Below, one piece after another: positions 24,955-34,263 of a stretch of 56,468 nucleotides of DNA. The notes under the pieces were generated by a model. That model saw only the letters and a program-made list of their open reading frames with translations, made no database searches and was not told the origin of the DNA. Origin of the DNA: a virus. Taxonomy: Duplodnaviria > Caudoviricetes. The position numbers were made by a program, and so were the translations under genes. The stretch covers positions 1 through 56,468 of IMG/VR virus record IMGVR_UViG_3300008120_000119; one strand, 5' to 3'. Numbering within the stretch: position 1 is the stretch's first letter; each line of letters opens with the position of its first letter.

Positions 24955-27496
24955 ATTCCCGATTGATCAAGAAGCCGACCGCTTCATTCCTGGAATCCCT
25001 GGGCAGCAGCCCGAAGAGGAGGAAGAGGGCGCCGAGCTTGAGCTAGTTCTCGACGATTCCGAGCTCGAAGAGCTGCCAGACGGCTCTGTGGTGGTCAAAA
25101 TGGACACCCAGGGGCCCATGGAGAACGAAGATTTCTACCAAAACCTCGCAGATTCTGACGTTCTGGACTCCTACGACCTGTCCGTGATGGCCATGAAGTA
25201 CATCGAGCTGGCCGAAAAGGACAAAAAAGCCCGTGAGCAGCGCGATAAGCAGTACGAAGAGGGCATCCGCCGCACCGGACTGGGCAACGACGCACCTGGG
25301 GGCGCGAATTTCAACGGCGCCAGCAAGGTCGTACACCCCGTAATGGCCGAAGCCTGCGTCGATTTCGCTGCCCGCGCCATTAAAGAGCTGTTTCCGCCCG
25401 ATGGTCCGACCAAAACGAAGATCCTGGGCGACGTCACAGAAGACAAAGTGCAGATCGCCGAGCGCAAACGCGACTGGTTTAACTGGCAGATCACCGAGCA
25501 GATCGAAGAATTTCGCGATGAAGAGGAGCAGATGCTCACGCAACTGCCTCTTGGGGGCTCCCAGTTCCTGAAGTTCTGGTACGACGAGCAGAAGCGCCGG
25601 CCGTGTATGCAATTCCTGCCGATCGACAACATTTTGCTGCCCTATTCCAGCGGAAACTTCTACACCTCGCCCCGCGTGACTGAGGTCGACGACATTTCCG
25701 AGTACGAATACAAGCGTCGGATCTCTTCTGGCCTGTATCGGGACATCTCTTACATCCGCGCCAGCATGGACCCGGAGCAGACCGGTCCTCAAAAGGCCAC
25801 CGACAAGGTCGAAGGCAAGTCTCAGAACGATAACGAAGACGGCACGCGCCGCATGTACCACATCTATACGTGGCTAGAGCTCGAAGATGACAAGTACAGC
25901 AAGGGTGAGCTCGCTCCCTACATTTTGATGATCGATGAGATGGAGAACGAGATCGTCGGTCTGTACCGGAACTGGGAAGAGGGCGACCAAACGATGACCA
26001 AGCTCGACTGGATCGTCGAGTACAAGTTCATTCCCTGGCGTGGCGCTTACGCTGTTGGCCTGCCGCACCTGATTGGCGGGCTGTCTGCTGCACTGACGGG
26101 TGCGCTGCGGGCGCTTCTGGACTCCGCGCACATCAATAACGCAGCCACCATGCTGAAACTTAAGGGGGCGAAGGTCTCCGGCCAGTCCCAGCAGGTTGAA
26201 GTCACCCAGGTGGCGGAGATTGAGGCGGCCCCAGGCGTGGATGACATCCGCAAAGTGGCGATGCCCATGCCATTTAACCCGCCCAGCCCGGTGCTTTTTC
26301 AGCTCTTAGGCTGGCTCACGACGTCCGCTAAGGGGGTAGTGACCACCGCGGAAGAAAAGATCGCTGACGTCAATTCTCAGACCCCTGTGGGCACGACTCA
26401 GGCCCTCATTGAGCAGGGCGCAGCAGTTTTCTCGTCCATTCACGCCCGATTGCACGAGTCGCAGGCCCGCGTACTGAAGATTCTGTCGCGAATCAACCGC
26501 TGGTACCTCGATGACATGCGTCGCACCGAGGTGGTGGAGGACCTGGAGGTTAAGCGTGAGGATTTCGCCCGGGTAACGGACGTGATTCCGGTCTCAGACC
26601 CGCATATCTTCTCGGAAACGCAGCGGATGGCCCAAACCCAGGCGGTTATGGCCATGATGAAAGAGAATCCGGACCTATTCAACCGCAAGGCGGTGGTCAC
26701 GCGGTTCTTAAAGCAGATCAAGGTGCCGAACATCAACGAATTGATGCCGGATACGCCCGCCCCCACCAAGATGGACGCTGCCAACGAGAACGTGGCCATG
26801 GCGATCGGGCAGGCTGCCTATGCTTACCCCGAGCAGGACCATCTGGCACACATTCAGGCGCACCTGGACTTCGCTAAGAGCCCGATCTTCGGTGGCAACC
26901 CCATCATTGCGCCTGCATACCTGCCCAAGGCGGCCGAGCACATCAAGCAGCACATGGTCCTGTGGTATCTGAACCGCATGACTGGGTACGCCCAGAAAGC
27001 TTTAGACGCAAAGCTTGGCGATTACGACCTGTTAAGCGACCCCAAAGACGTGGACAAGATCTTCGCCCTGGCCTCGCAGCACGTCGAGATCGACGCCGAC
27101 GAGACTCTGAAGGGCGTGATGCCTGTCGTCATGAAGATGGTCCAGCAGGCGCAGCAGTTCAAGCCGAAACCTCCAATGACTCCCGAGACGCAGGTTCTCT
27201 TGCAGACCTCGATGGCAGAGACGCAGCGCCGTCAGGCCCGCGACGAGGCAGAAATGCAGCTCAAGTCTCAAGAGATGGAGATGGACACGCAGCTGGCGTT
27301 GAAGAAGCAGGCCGACGACATGCAGCTCGCCATGGAAGAGTTGCAATTGAAGCTGGCCATTGCTACCGGCGACCAGGAAACAAAAGAACGCATCGAAACC
27401 GCACGTCTAACACGGGATGCGGCCCGTCTGTCTTTGGATAAGGAAAAGACCGTGTTGGACATCAACCTTAAAGGAGGCCCAAATGGCTACCAGTGA
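24944..27496 (+). CDS. Portal protein
   Basis: 850 aa; VVHPVMAEACVDFAARAIKELFP..GP, PLGGSQFLK, PVGTTQALIEQG; coiled-coil C-terminus; position before scaffold and MCP. Confidence 0.85.
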   Translation: MATEFPIDQEADRFIPGIPGQQPEEEEEGAELELVLDDSELEELPDGSVVVKMDTQGPMENEDFYQNLADSDVLDSYDLSVMAMKYIELAEKDKKAREQRDKQYEEGIRRTGLGNDAPGGANFNGASKVVHPVMAEACVDFAARAIKELFPPDGPTKTKILGDVTEDKVQIAERKRDWFNWQITEQIEEFRDEEEQMLTQLPLGGSQFLKFWYDEQKRRPCMQFLPIDNILLPYSSGNFYTSPRVTEVDDISEYEYKRRISSGLYRDISYIRASMDPEQTGPQKATDKVEGKSQNDNEDGTRRMYHIYTWLELEDDKYSKGELAPYILMIDEMENEIVGLYRNWEEGDQTMTKLDWIVEYKFIPWRGAYAVGLPHLIGGLSAALTGALRALLDSAHINNAATMLKLKGAKVSGQSQQVEVTQVAEIEAAPGVDDIRKVAMPMPFNPPSPVLFQLLGWLTTSAKGVVTTAEEKIADVNSQTPVGTTQALIEQGAAVFSSIHARLHESQARVLKILSRINRWYLDDMRRTEVVEDLEVKREDFARVTDVIPVSDPHIFSETQRMAQTQAVMAMMKENPDLFNRKAVVTRFLKQIKVPNINELMPDTPAPTKMDAANENVAMAIGQAAYAYPEQDHLAHIQAHLDFAKSPIFGGNPIIAPAYLPKAAEHIKQHMVLWYLNRMTGYAQKALDAKLGDYDLLSDPKDVDKIFALASQHVEIDADETLKGVMPVVMKMVQQAQQFKPKPPMTPETQVLLQTSMAETQRRQARDEAEMQLKSQEMEMDTQLALKKQADDMQLAMEELQLKLAIATGDQETKERIETARLTRDAARLSLDKEKTVLDINLKGGPNGYQ

Positions 27497-27638
27497 TCAA
27501 GAGCAAAAGAGCGTACTCGTCAACCAGCACAAGCGGATTGCGATGGGCGCACCTATCAACGGCCAGTCCATGCAGGGCAAGGGCGAGCCACAACAAAACA
27601 AGGGAGGAGCCTTATCGCAGGTAAAAACTAAAAAGTGA
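27483..27638 (+). CDS. Small basic hypothetical protein
   Basis: AAGGAGG RBS; QHKRIAMG motif. Confidence 0.6.
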   Translation: MATSDQEQKSVLVNQHKRIAMGAPINGQSMQGKGEPQQNKGGALSQVKTKK

Positions 27639-27826
27639 GAAGTAGAACCCTAGGTGACTTAATTGGCGCTTTGAAGGCCTCGCAGAGTGAAATAGCTCTG
27701 TCCCTGGCTCGTGGCAACGTGACGACCTGGGAGGCGTATCAAAGGCTGGTGGGGAAGCATGATGGGCTGGAAGAAGCCCTGACAATACTTAATAACCTTC
27801 TAAAGGAAGACAATGAAAATGAGTGA
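27635..27826 (+). CDS. Hypothetical protein (head region)
   Basis: LARG...WEAYQRLVG...GLEEAL pattern, often found upstream of phage groES. Confidence 0.7.
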   Translation: MRSRTLGDLIGALKASQSEIALSLARGNVTTWEAYQRLVGKHDGLEEALTILNNLLKEDNENE

Positions 27827-28250
27827 ACCGGTAGCTTCTAACGAAGCTGAGTTGGCTTGGGCATTTCCGAGCGTAGAACCCGGAGCAAAACCATTAGGTG
27901 GACGTATTCTGGTGCAATTGCGCCGGACGAAGAAGAAGACCACGAGTGCCGGGATTTTGTTGGTTGAAGAAACCAAAGAAACCGAGAAGTGGAACAACAT
28001 GGTCGCCAAAGTCATTGAGATCGGACCCCTGGCATTCCGCCATCGGGACACGATGCAGGCTTGGCCCGAAGGATCTTGGTGCGAGCCGGGTGATTACATC
28101 CGCGTGCCCAAGTGGGGCGGCGACCGCTGGGAAGTCAAAGTACCGGGTGATGATGACCTGGAAGACCCAGCACTGTTCATGATTCTCAACGATCACGAGG
28201 TCATCGCAAAGGTGACGGGTGATCCCCTGGCAATGAGGGCCTTCATATGA
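27819..28250 (+). CDS. groES: GroES-like co-chaperonin
   Basis: KPLGGRILV...TSAGILL...VIEIGP...GDYI...G...ILNDHEVIAKV. Confidence 0.85.
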   Translation: MSEPVASNEAELAWAFPSVEPGAKPLGGRILVQLRRTKKKTTSAGILLVEETKETEKWNNMVAKVIEIGPLAFRHRDTMQAWPEGSWCEPGDYIRVPKWGGDRWEVKVPGDDDLEDPALFMILNDHEVIAKVTGDPLAMRAFI

Positions 28251-29206
28251 GCGAAGAAAACAAAGACGAGAAGATCTCCGTTACCGAGGAGAAAGACGGT
28301 TCGGTCGTGGTCGAGCTGCCCGACAGCATTCCGTCGCCTGAAAACGACGACCAGGATGCTCCCGACGCAGACGATTCCAAAGCAGAGGCTGCACAGGACG
28401 ACGACGACGCCGACCAACCCGATGACACCGACGCGGTACGCGAAGCCCGCAGAGCTCGCCGCAAGGCCAAGAAAGAGCACATGAAGCGGGTGCGGGAGGA
28501 GAAGGACCAGAACTACCTTCTGCTTCAGCGGCAGAACCAAGAGCTCATGGAGCGCCTTGCGAACCTGGAGCGCAAGAACGTGTCCGCGGAGCTTGCACGG
28601 TTCGATGCGGCCATTTCCGAAGAAGAGCGCCGGGTTATGTTCGCCCAGCGCAAGATGCAAGAGGCAACCGACGCATCTGATGGCCAAGCTTTCATCAAGG
28701 CTCAAGAGGCTTGGTATGAGTCCCGCAAGCGCCTGGAATCCATGAAGGCGATCAAGCAGCGTGCAAATGAAAGCGCCGCCCAGCAAACCGGTGCGGTTAA
28801 TCCCAGGCTGCAAAAATATGCATCTGAATGGATGTCACGCAATACTTGGTACGACACAGATTTAAAAGATACCGACAGTCGTATTGCGAAGGTAATCGAT
28901 GAGCAATTAAGCGAAGAAGGTTGGAATCCCGAGACGAAAGATTATTGGGATGAATTTGACAAACGCTTGCAAAATCGGTTACCGCATCTATACAATGATT
29001 CCGATGACGAACAACCAAGGAGGCGTCCCCGTAGCGTAGTGACCGGTTCCGGTCGAGAAGCAACACCATCCCGCGGCGGAAACGTTTTCACCATCTCTCC
29101 GGAGCAGGTGAGGGCGATTAAAGAAGCCGGTATGTGGGATAACCCGGAACAAAGAAATCGCATGATTAAACGGTATGCACTCGAAGCTAAAAAATATAGG
29201 GGATAA
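28247..29206 (+). CDS. Putative capsid scaffolding protein
   Basis: Acidic N-terminus, coiled coil, W...N.W motif; upstream of the MCP. Confidence 0.65.
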   Translation: MSEENKDEKISVTEEKDGSVVVELPDSIPSPENDDQDAPDADDSKAEAAQDDDDADQPDDTDAVREARRARRKAKKEHMKRVREEKDQNYLLLQRQNQELMERLANLERKNVSAELARFDAAISEEERRVMFAQRKMQEATDASDGQAFIKAQEAWYESRKRLESMKAIKQRANESAAQQTGAVNPRLQKYASEWMSRNTWYDTDLKDTDSRIAKVIDEQLSEEGWNPETKDYWDEFDKRLQNRLPHLYNDSDDEQPRRRPRSVVTGSGREATPSRGGNVFTISPEQVRAIKEAGMWDNPEQRNRMIKRYALEAKKYRG

Positions 29207-29211
29207 AAACC

Positions 29212-29754
29212 ATGGATTCACGTCTTAAAAAATCACTTTCCGCCGGTGGACGCGAAACTCGTGCTAGCGAGGACGCTGAAAGAAAACCCCCGGAGGAAAA
29301 GTTCATGTCAGCGCAGGAACGTCGCAAGGCGTGGAGCGATGAGTGGACACAAAGCGCACTGCCAAAGACCCCCGAGATTCCCGGGTGGCACCTTTGCTGG
29401 TTATCGACCACCAACAGTTACGACAGCATCGACAAGAGGATGCGTCTCGGTTACGTGCCCGTGAAAGCGGATGAGTTAACTGGGTTCGACACCTATCGCG
29501 TCAAGTCTGGCGAGAACATCGGTTTTATTGCGTGTAATGAGATGGTTCTGTACAAGATTCCTATGGACCTTTACCAGGACGTCATGCTGCAAATGCATCA
29601 TGAAAAGCCCATGGAAGAGGCCGATAAGATCCGCGTGCAAGCAGAGAACCTTCAGGGTATGCGCGATAGCTCAGGCAAGTCCCTGGGGCAGGTTGAAGGC
29701 GAAGGCTTTGGCGATTTAGACCGAGATGTTAAAACTCCCGTATTTATCGGGTAA
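29212..29754 (+). CDS. Conserved hypothetical head-region protein
   Basis: P..PGWHLCW...RMRLGYVPVK...EMVLYKIP. Confidence 0.6.
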   Translation: MDSRLKKSLSAGGRETRASEDAERKPPEEKFMSAQERRKAWSDEWTQSALPKTPEIPGWHLCWLSTTNSYDSIDKRMRLGYVPVKADELTGFDTYRVKSGENIGFIACNEMVLYKIPMDLYQDVMLQMHHEKPMEEADKIRVQAENLQGMRDSSGKSLGQVEGEGFGDLDRDVKTPVFIG

Positions 29755-29775
29755 TTTAATTTAAGGAGAATTGCT

Positions 29776-30375
29776 ATGTCCGCGACTAGCGCTCCGTTCG
29801 GCCTGCGTCCCGCTTTCCACCCCTCCGGTTTGGATCGCGCTCAGGCGTTGGCTAACGGTATTCAAGCAGTATCAACGGTCGGCAACGTATCTGCCGGTTA
29901 TGCCACCACCATTCTCAAGGGTCAGCCCGTGAAGATGGATACTGGCGGCTATATTGTGGTTGCTGGTACAGGCGACCCGTTCCTTGGTGCCTTTGCAGGC
30001 GTCGAGTGGACCGATGCTACCGGCCGTCGCCGCGTGTCGAACTACTGGCCCGCAAACGAGTCGTTCCAGGTCGGTTCTGTAGTGGCTTACTTCTACAGCG
30101 ACCCCGCCATTGTGTATGAGATTCAGGCTGCTGGTTCCCTGGCTCAGACCTCGATCGGCGACGAGTTCGATATCACCAACTCAACCGCTGGCTCCACCAC
30201 GACTGGTTTGTCGCAGGCTACCCTTGGTACCTCGGCTGCCGGTGCTGGCAGCGCCAAGCAAATGCGTGTTGTAGATCTGGCGCCCTATCCCGACAACGCT
30301 TGGGGTGACAGCTTTACGATCGTCCGTGCAACCATTAGCGAACACCAGTACGCAGGTACTGTGAACGCAATCTAA
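29776..30375 (+). CDS. Putative capsid decoration/cement protein
   Basis: APFGLRP start, beta-rich, immediately upstream of the MCP. Confidence 0.6.
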   Translation: MSATSAPFGLRPAFHPSGLDRAQALANGIQAVSTVGNVSAGYATTILKGQPVKMDTGGYIVVAGTGDPFLGAFAGVEWTDATGRRRVSNYWPANESFQVGSVVAYFYSDPAIVYEIQAAGSLAQTSIGDEFDITNSTAGSTTTGLSQATLGTSAAGAGSAKQMRVVDLAPYPDNAWGDSFTIVRATISEHQYAGTVNAI

Positions 30376-30389
30376 GGAGGGCATAGAAC

Positions 30390-31304
30390 ATGGCCGCCCC
30401 GATGCGTAGTACCGACTTTCGGTCGATTGTTGAGCCAATCCTCAACGAGTGTTTTGACGGAGTCTATGATCAGCGTACCGATGAATGGTCACGGGTTTTC
30501 CGTGAGCAGCAAGGTATCCCCCGTAACTACCACGAAGAGCCCGTCCTGTATGGATTCGGCGCTGCGCCCCAACTGCCTGATGGTACCCCCGTGTCCTATC
30601 AGCAGGGTGGCGTACTCTTCCTGAAGCGCTATGTGTACAACGTGTATGGCCTTGCCTTCGCGCTGACCAAAGTGCTCGTGGAAGACGGCGACCACATCCG
30701 TATTGGTCAGGTTTATGCCCGTCACTTGGCTCAGTCCCTGATTGAGACCAAAGAGACCCTTTCGGCGAACGTTCTCAACCGTGCGTTTAACTCTGCCTAT
30801 CCTGGCGGTGACGGCGTGCAGTTGAACTCCAACGCTCACCCGATCGTGAACGGCACCTTCAGCAACCTGCTGACGACCGCCGCTGTGCTGTCGCAGACCT
30901 CACTTGAGCAGATGCTTATTCAGATCCGCCAAGCAGTGGACAACAACGGCAAGAAGATCCGTCTGGTTCCCCGCCAACTGGTGGTGGCCCCGGGCAACGT
31001 CTTCCAGGCTGAGGTTCTCCTGAAGTCTGTTCTGCGCTCCGGTACCGCCGACAACGACATCAACCCGATCAAGTCCATTGGACTGCTGTCGGAGGGTGCC
31101 GCTGTTCTGTCGCGTCTCACCAGTGCTACGGCATGGTGGGTGCAGACCGACGCGCCGGAAGGTATGAAGCTCATGATGCGTCGTGCTCTTGAGAAGACCA
31201 TGGAAGGTGATTTTGAGACCGATTCCATGCGTTACAAGGCCACGGAGCGTTATGACGTTGGCTTCACCGACCCGCGTGCGATGTACGGTACGCCTGGAGT
31301 CTAA
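30390..31304 (+). CDS. Major capsid protein (Mu gpT-like, HK97 fold)
   Basis: EEPVLYGFGAAP, KETLSANVLNRAF, TADNDINP, GDFETDSMRYKATERY..G.TDPR..YG.PG. Confidence 0.9.
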   Translation: MAAPMRSTDFRSIVEPILNECFDGVYDQRTDEWSRVFREQQGIPRNYHEEPVLYGFGAAPQLPDGTPVSYQQGGVLFLKRYVYNVYGLAFALTKVLVEDGDHIRIGQVYARHLAQSLIETKETLSANVLNRAFNSAYPGGDGVQLNSNAHPIVNGTFSNLLTTAAVLSQTSLEQMLIQIRQAVDNNGKKIRLVPRQLVVAPGNVFQAEVLLKSVLRSGTADNDINPIKSIGLLSEGAAVLSRLTSATAWWVQTDAPEGMKLMMRRALEKTMEGDFETDSMRYKATERYDVGFTDPRAMYGTPGV

Positions 31305-31312
31305 GCAATACC

Positions 31313-31342
31313 CCTCCCGCTGGGCGACTGGCGGGAGGTTTC
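31313..31342 (+). terminator. Hairpin after the MCP gene (weak terminator or mRNA stabiliser)
   Basis: CCTCCCGC...GCGGGAGG followed by TTTC. Confidence 0.5.
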
Positions 31343-31344
31343 AT

Positions 31345-31420
31345 CTGGGATCGTTTTAGCCCGTCAGACTGCCCCAGCAGACGATGCACAGACGGACGGG
31401 CGACACTTGTGCATAAGGAG
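31345..31420 (+). ncRNA. Putative double-pseudoknot cis-regulatory RNA
   Basis: Interleaved helices 31345-49/31373-77, 31359-65/31395-401 and 31384-90/31408-14; three AGAC junctions; ends at the AAGGAG RBS. Confidence 0.6.
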
Positions 31421-31426
31421 AGTTAA

Positions 31427-31864
31427 ATGGCTCGCACCACTTTCTCGGGTCCAGTTTATTCAAACAACGGATTCGGTACCCCGCTTCAATACATTACTGC
31501 CGCTAACACGTCCCCCATCGCTATCGATCCGGGCGCAACGGTAATCATTCTTTCTGCCGCTGATGGTGGCCCTGCTGCTCCGGTAGTGCTCCAGTTTCCG
31601 CAAGTGCAGACCATCGACGGACAACCCTTCAACATCCTGAACGCTGACCCCCGCTATGTGGGCATCCGCGGTGCCGTGCTGAACTACGGTGGCGTGGTGC
31701 ATACCCTTGCCGGGTTCGGTCCCAGCTCTGGTAACTACCAGCCTGTGAACCAGTCCAACACGGGCGTGGATATTGCCGCTGGCACCCTGGTGCAGTGGGC
31801 AGGCAACGGCAACCCCACTGCTGCTTGGGCTGCTGCTGAAGCAACGCTCTGCGCTGCCGCCTAA
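31427..31864 (+). CDS. Putative minor virion/decoration protein
   Basis: MARTTFSGPV.S.NGF start, typical of post-MCP genes in this phage type. Confidence 0.65.
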   Translation: MARTTFSGPVYSNNGFGTPLQYITAANTSPIAIDPGATVIILSAADGGPAAPVVLQFPQVQTIDGQPFNILNADPRYVGIRGAVLNYGGVVHTLAGFGPSSGNYQPVNQSNTGVDIAAGTLVQWAGNGNPTAAWAAAEATLCAAA

Positions 31865-31891
31865 CTCAACTAATTAAACAAGGAGTTCCAC

Positions 31892-33028
31892 ATGGGACAG
31901 TTTAAGCCGATGGTCAAGATGATGACCACAGAGCCCACCGTTGAGTTGAAGCTCAAAAAGGGCGGGAAAGTAGAGAAGAAGATGCAGATGGGTGGCGACC
32001 CAGCCATGGCTCCGGCCGCTGGTTCTATGCCTGCTCGTGGCGGCATGGCGCCCTCACGCGCACCGATGAAGCCTGGGCTCTTTGCCCGTCGTCGCGCTAT
32101 GCGTGGTATGGGCGCTGGTCCTGCGGGCCCCCTTGGCCGCGGTTCCGACATGATGGAAAACATGGAAGCTCGTCGCGCTATGGCCCCGGCTCCCGCCATG
32201 AAGAAGGGTGGCGAGACCAAGGCTGAGCACGCTGCCGAGATGAAGAAGATGGCTGAGACCTCGAAGAAGCTCAAGGAGCACGCCGACAAGCCCGCTAGCA
32301 AGGCTCACAAGGGCCTGAAGACTGGCGGAGTGGTGATGGGCCAAGGCGGCTATAAAGAGGGCGGCATCATCAAGACGATGACCAACAAGACGACCGACAT
32401 GCACACTGCTCATCGTGACACCGATCAGGGTCCGACGGGCGGCGTGAAGCTTGGTAATGGCGGCGGTTACAAGAAGGGTGGCGCAGCGAAGAAGGACTGC
32501 TACGCGACCGGTGGCGTCGTTATGGGCCAGGGTGGGTACAAAGAAGGCGGTGATGTAAAAAAGCAAAAAGCTACGGGAAAAAATGCTAGCGGCGCTCCCG
32601 TAGCTATGCCTCAAGGCCGCAAACCTGCCCCCAAGGCTGTTGCCATCAACGAGCTGTCCGGCACCTATAAAAAGGGTGGCCCGGTCATGACTCCCGCTCA
32701 GAAGCGCTTGGACAACATTTTCCAGAAGGAGAATGCTCCTGCGATGAAGGCGGCCAAGAAGATGAGCAACGAGAAGTACGGTCGCAAAATGGCAAAGGGC
32801 GGAGACGTAAAACGACGCTCATTGACTGACAAATTTCGCGAAGAATCAGGCTTTGGCGATGAAATGAAAGATCTTGTTCAACGCCTTACCCCGCAGCAAG
32901 CAAAACGCGAAAAAGAGTCTAGCGACAGGTACATGAGTGATGGAGCCGTCACTGAGACTGAAAGGTCCGTAACGGTGGTGCCAGGGAAGAAGCACGGCGG
33001 TAAAATGGCCCGAGGCGGCTCTTGCTAA
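31892..33028 (+). CDS. Lys/Gly/Met-rich protein with many xxGG repeats
   Basis: About 15 copies of [L/M/Y/K]xxGG; no recognisable globular domain. Confidence 0.75.
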   Translation: MGQFKPMVKMMTTEPTVELKLKKGGKVEKKMQMGGDPAMAPAAGSMPARGGMAPSRAPMKPGLFARRRAMRGMGAGPAGPLGRGSDMMENMEARRAMAPAPAMKKGGETKAEHAAEMKKMAETSKKLKEHADKPASKAHKGLKTGGVVMGQGGYKEGGIIKTMTNKTTDMHTAHRDTDQGPTGGVKLGNGGGYKKGGAAKKDCYATGGVVMGQGGYKEGGDVKKQKATGKNASGAPVAMPQGRKPAPKAVAINELSGTYKKGGPVMTPAQKRLDNIFQKENAPAMKAAKKMSNEKYGRKMAKGGDVKRRSLTDKFREESGFGDEMKDLVQRLTPQQAKREKESSDRYMSDGAVTETERSVTVVPGKKHGGKMARGGSC

Positions 33029-33033
33029 ATAAG

Positions 33034-33057
33034 GTGGGGGCTTAGGCCCCCGCTTTT
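33034..33057 (+). terminator. Rho-independent terminator
   Basis: GTGGGGGC-TTAG-GCCCCCGC-TTTT. Confidence 0.65.
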
Positions 33058-33069
33058 CTGGAGGACTTT

Positions 33070-33855
33070 ATGTCAACGACGATTTCTTCGATTACCCGGC
33101 AAGGCGCCTTTGAGCCGTTTGAGCTTCAGGTCTCTCGTGGGCAGATTCAAGGGCACAAGTCACTTTTTGTGTTCGGCAACAACGCTGATATCAATGGATC
33201 TGTAGAGACGATCTGGAGTCAGGGCGGGGTATACGCTTATCCAGCAGCCGCTATAGCCATGAAGGTGTCTAGTTCTAGCGCTGATGATGACGCGGCTGGC
33301 ACTGGCGCCCGCACGGTTGTAGTTAGTGGCTTGGATCAGAATTACAACGAGGCAAGCGAGACTGTAACGCTTGATGGCCAGACTGAAGTTCTGACCACCA
33401 CGACCTTTATTCGCATATTTGCTGTTTATGTGGCGACCGCGGGATCTGGTGGAACTGCGGCCGGAACTATTTATGTGGGCACCGGAACGGTGACTGCTGG
33501 TGTTCCTGCAACGATTTATGCCGTTATTCCTTTGGGCGAGAACCGCACTCAGTCTTGTATTTGGACAGTTCCAGCCGGCTATACCTTGTACGTTACGGGC
33601 GGCACATTCTCGGCGGCTTCAAACAATGCTGCTCAGTATGTGCTGGGCAAGTTTGTAATTCGCCCCTTTGGTGGTGTATTCCAAAACACAGCAGACATTA
33701 CGGTCAACTCTAATGTCTTCAGGTATGACTGGGAAGTGGCACTTCCGATTCCAGAAAAGACAGACATTGAGGCTCGTGGTATCGCGCTTTCCGGCTCCAA
33801 CTTCTATGTGACTGCCGCGTTTGAAGGCATCTACATTAAGAACAGCGGAGAGTAA
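33070..33855 (+). CDS. Putative virion structural protein
   Basis: FELQVSRGQI.GH, GTGARTV...GLD..Y and PEKTDIE motifs; beta-rich. Confidence 0.6.
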   Translation: MSTTISSITRQGAFEPFELQVSRGQIQGHKSLFVFGNNADINGSVETIWSQGGVYAYPAAAIAMKVSSSSADDDAAGTGARTVVVSGLDQNYNEASETVTLDGQTEVLTTTTFIRIFAVYVATAGSGGTAAGTIYVGTGTVTAGVPATIYAVIPLGENRTQSCIWTVPAGYTLYVTGGTFSAASNNAAQYVLGKFVIRPFGGVFQNTADITVNSNVFRYDWEVALPIPEKTDIEARGIALSGSNFYVTAAFEGIYIKNSGE

Positions 33856-33857
33856 CA

Positions 33858-34262
33858 ATGCCAGCCAAAAGCCAAGCTCAGTTTCGCCTGATGAAGGCAG
33901 CCGAAAACAATCCCAAGTTCGCTAAGAAGGTGGGTATTAAACCGGGCGTGGCTAAGGAGTACACTGAGGCTAATGTTGGCAAGAAGTCGTATGCAGAACT
34001 GCCGAAGAAAATGAAGGATGGTGGCCCCTCGCTTGCAATTGGACGCGGTGAAAAACTGCCGGCAGAGCGAGGCGCTGGACTAACGGCCAAGGGCCGGGAA
34101 AAGTACAACCGAGAGACAGGTTCCAATCTCAAGGCTCCACAACCCGAGGGGGGTAAGCGGCGCGATTCGTTCTGCGCCCGGATGGGTCCAGTCGCTGAAA
34201 AAAGCGAGAAAGGAAGTAGAGCGAGGGCTTCGATGAAGCGCTGGAACTGTCCGGGATGGTGA
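33858..34262 (+). CDS. Basic two-domain protein joined by MKDGG; C-terminal part DUF6321-like
   Basis: MPAKS.AQ.RLM...NPKFAKKVGI / MKDGG / GAGLTAKGR.KYNRETGSNLKAP...RRDSFCARM...RWNC. Confidence 0.65.
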   Translation: MPAKSQAQFRLMKAAENNPKFAKKVGIKPGVAKEYTEANVGKKSYAELPKKMKDGGPSLAIGRGEKLPAERGAGLTAKGREKYNRETGSNLKAPQPEGGKRRDSFCARMGPVAEKSEKGSRARASMKRWNCPGW

Positions 34263-34263
34263 T

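Noticed and set aside
25043-25861. 272-aa antisense ORF in the portal gene, and similar ones at 28193-28813 and 47998-48693
   Set aside because: Shadow ORFs expected from GC3-rich coding on the opposite strand; no RBS or recognisable motifs.
27819-28250. Phage GroES as a novelty
   Set aside because: Phage co-chaperonins beside head genes are well known (e.g. T4 gp31 function), so it is kept as a feature only.
31892-33028. Ubiquitin-like conjugation system implied by GG motifs
   Set aside because: The motifs are internal, no beta-grasp domain precedes them, and no E1/E2/JAB-like gene was recognised.
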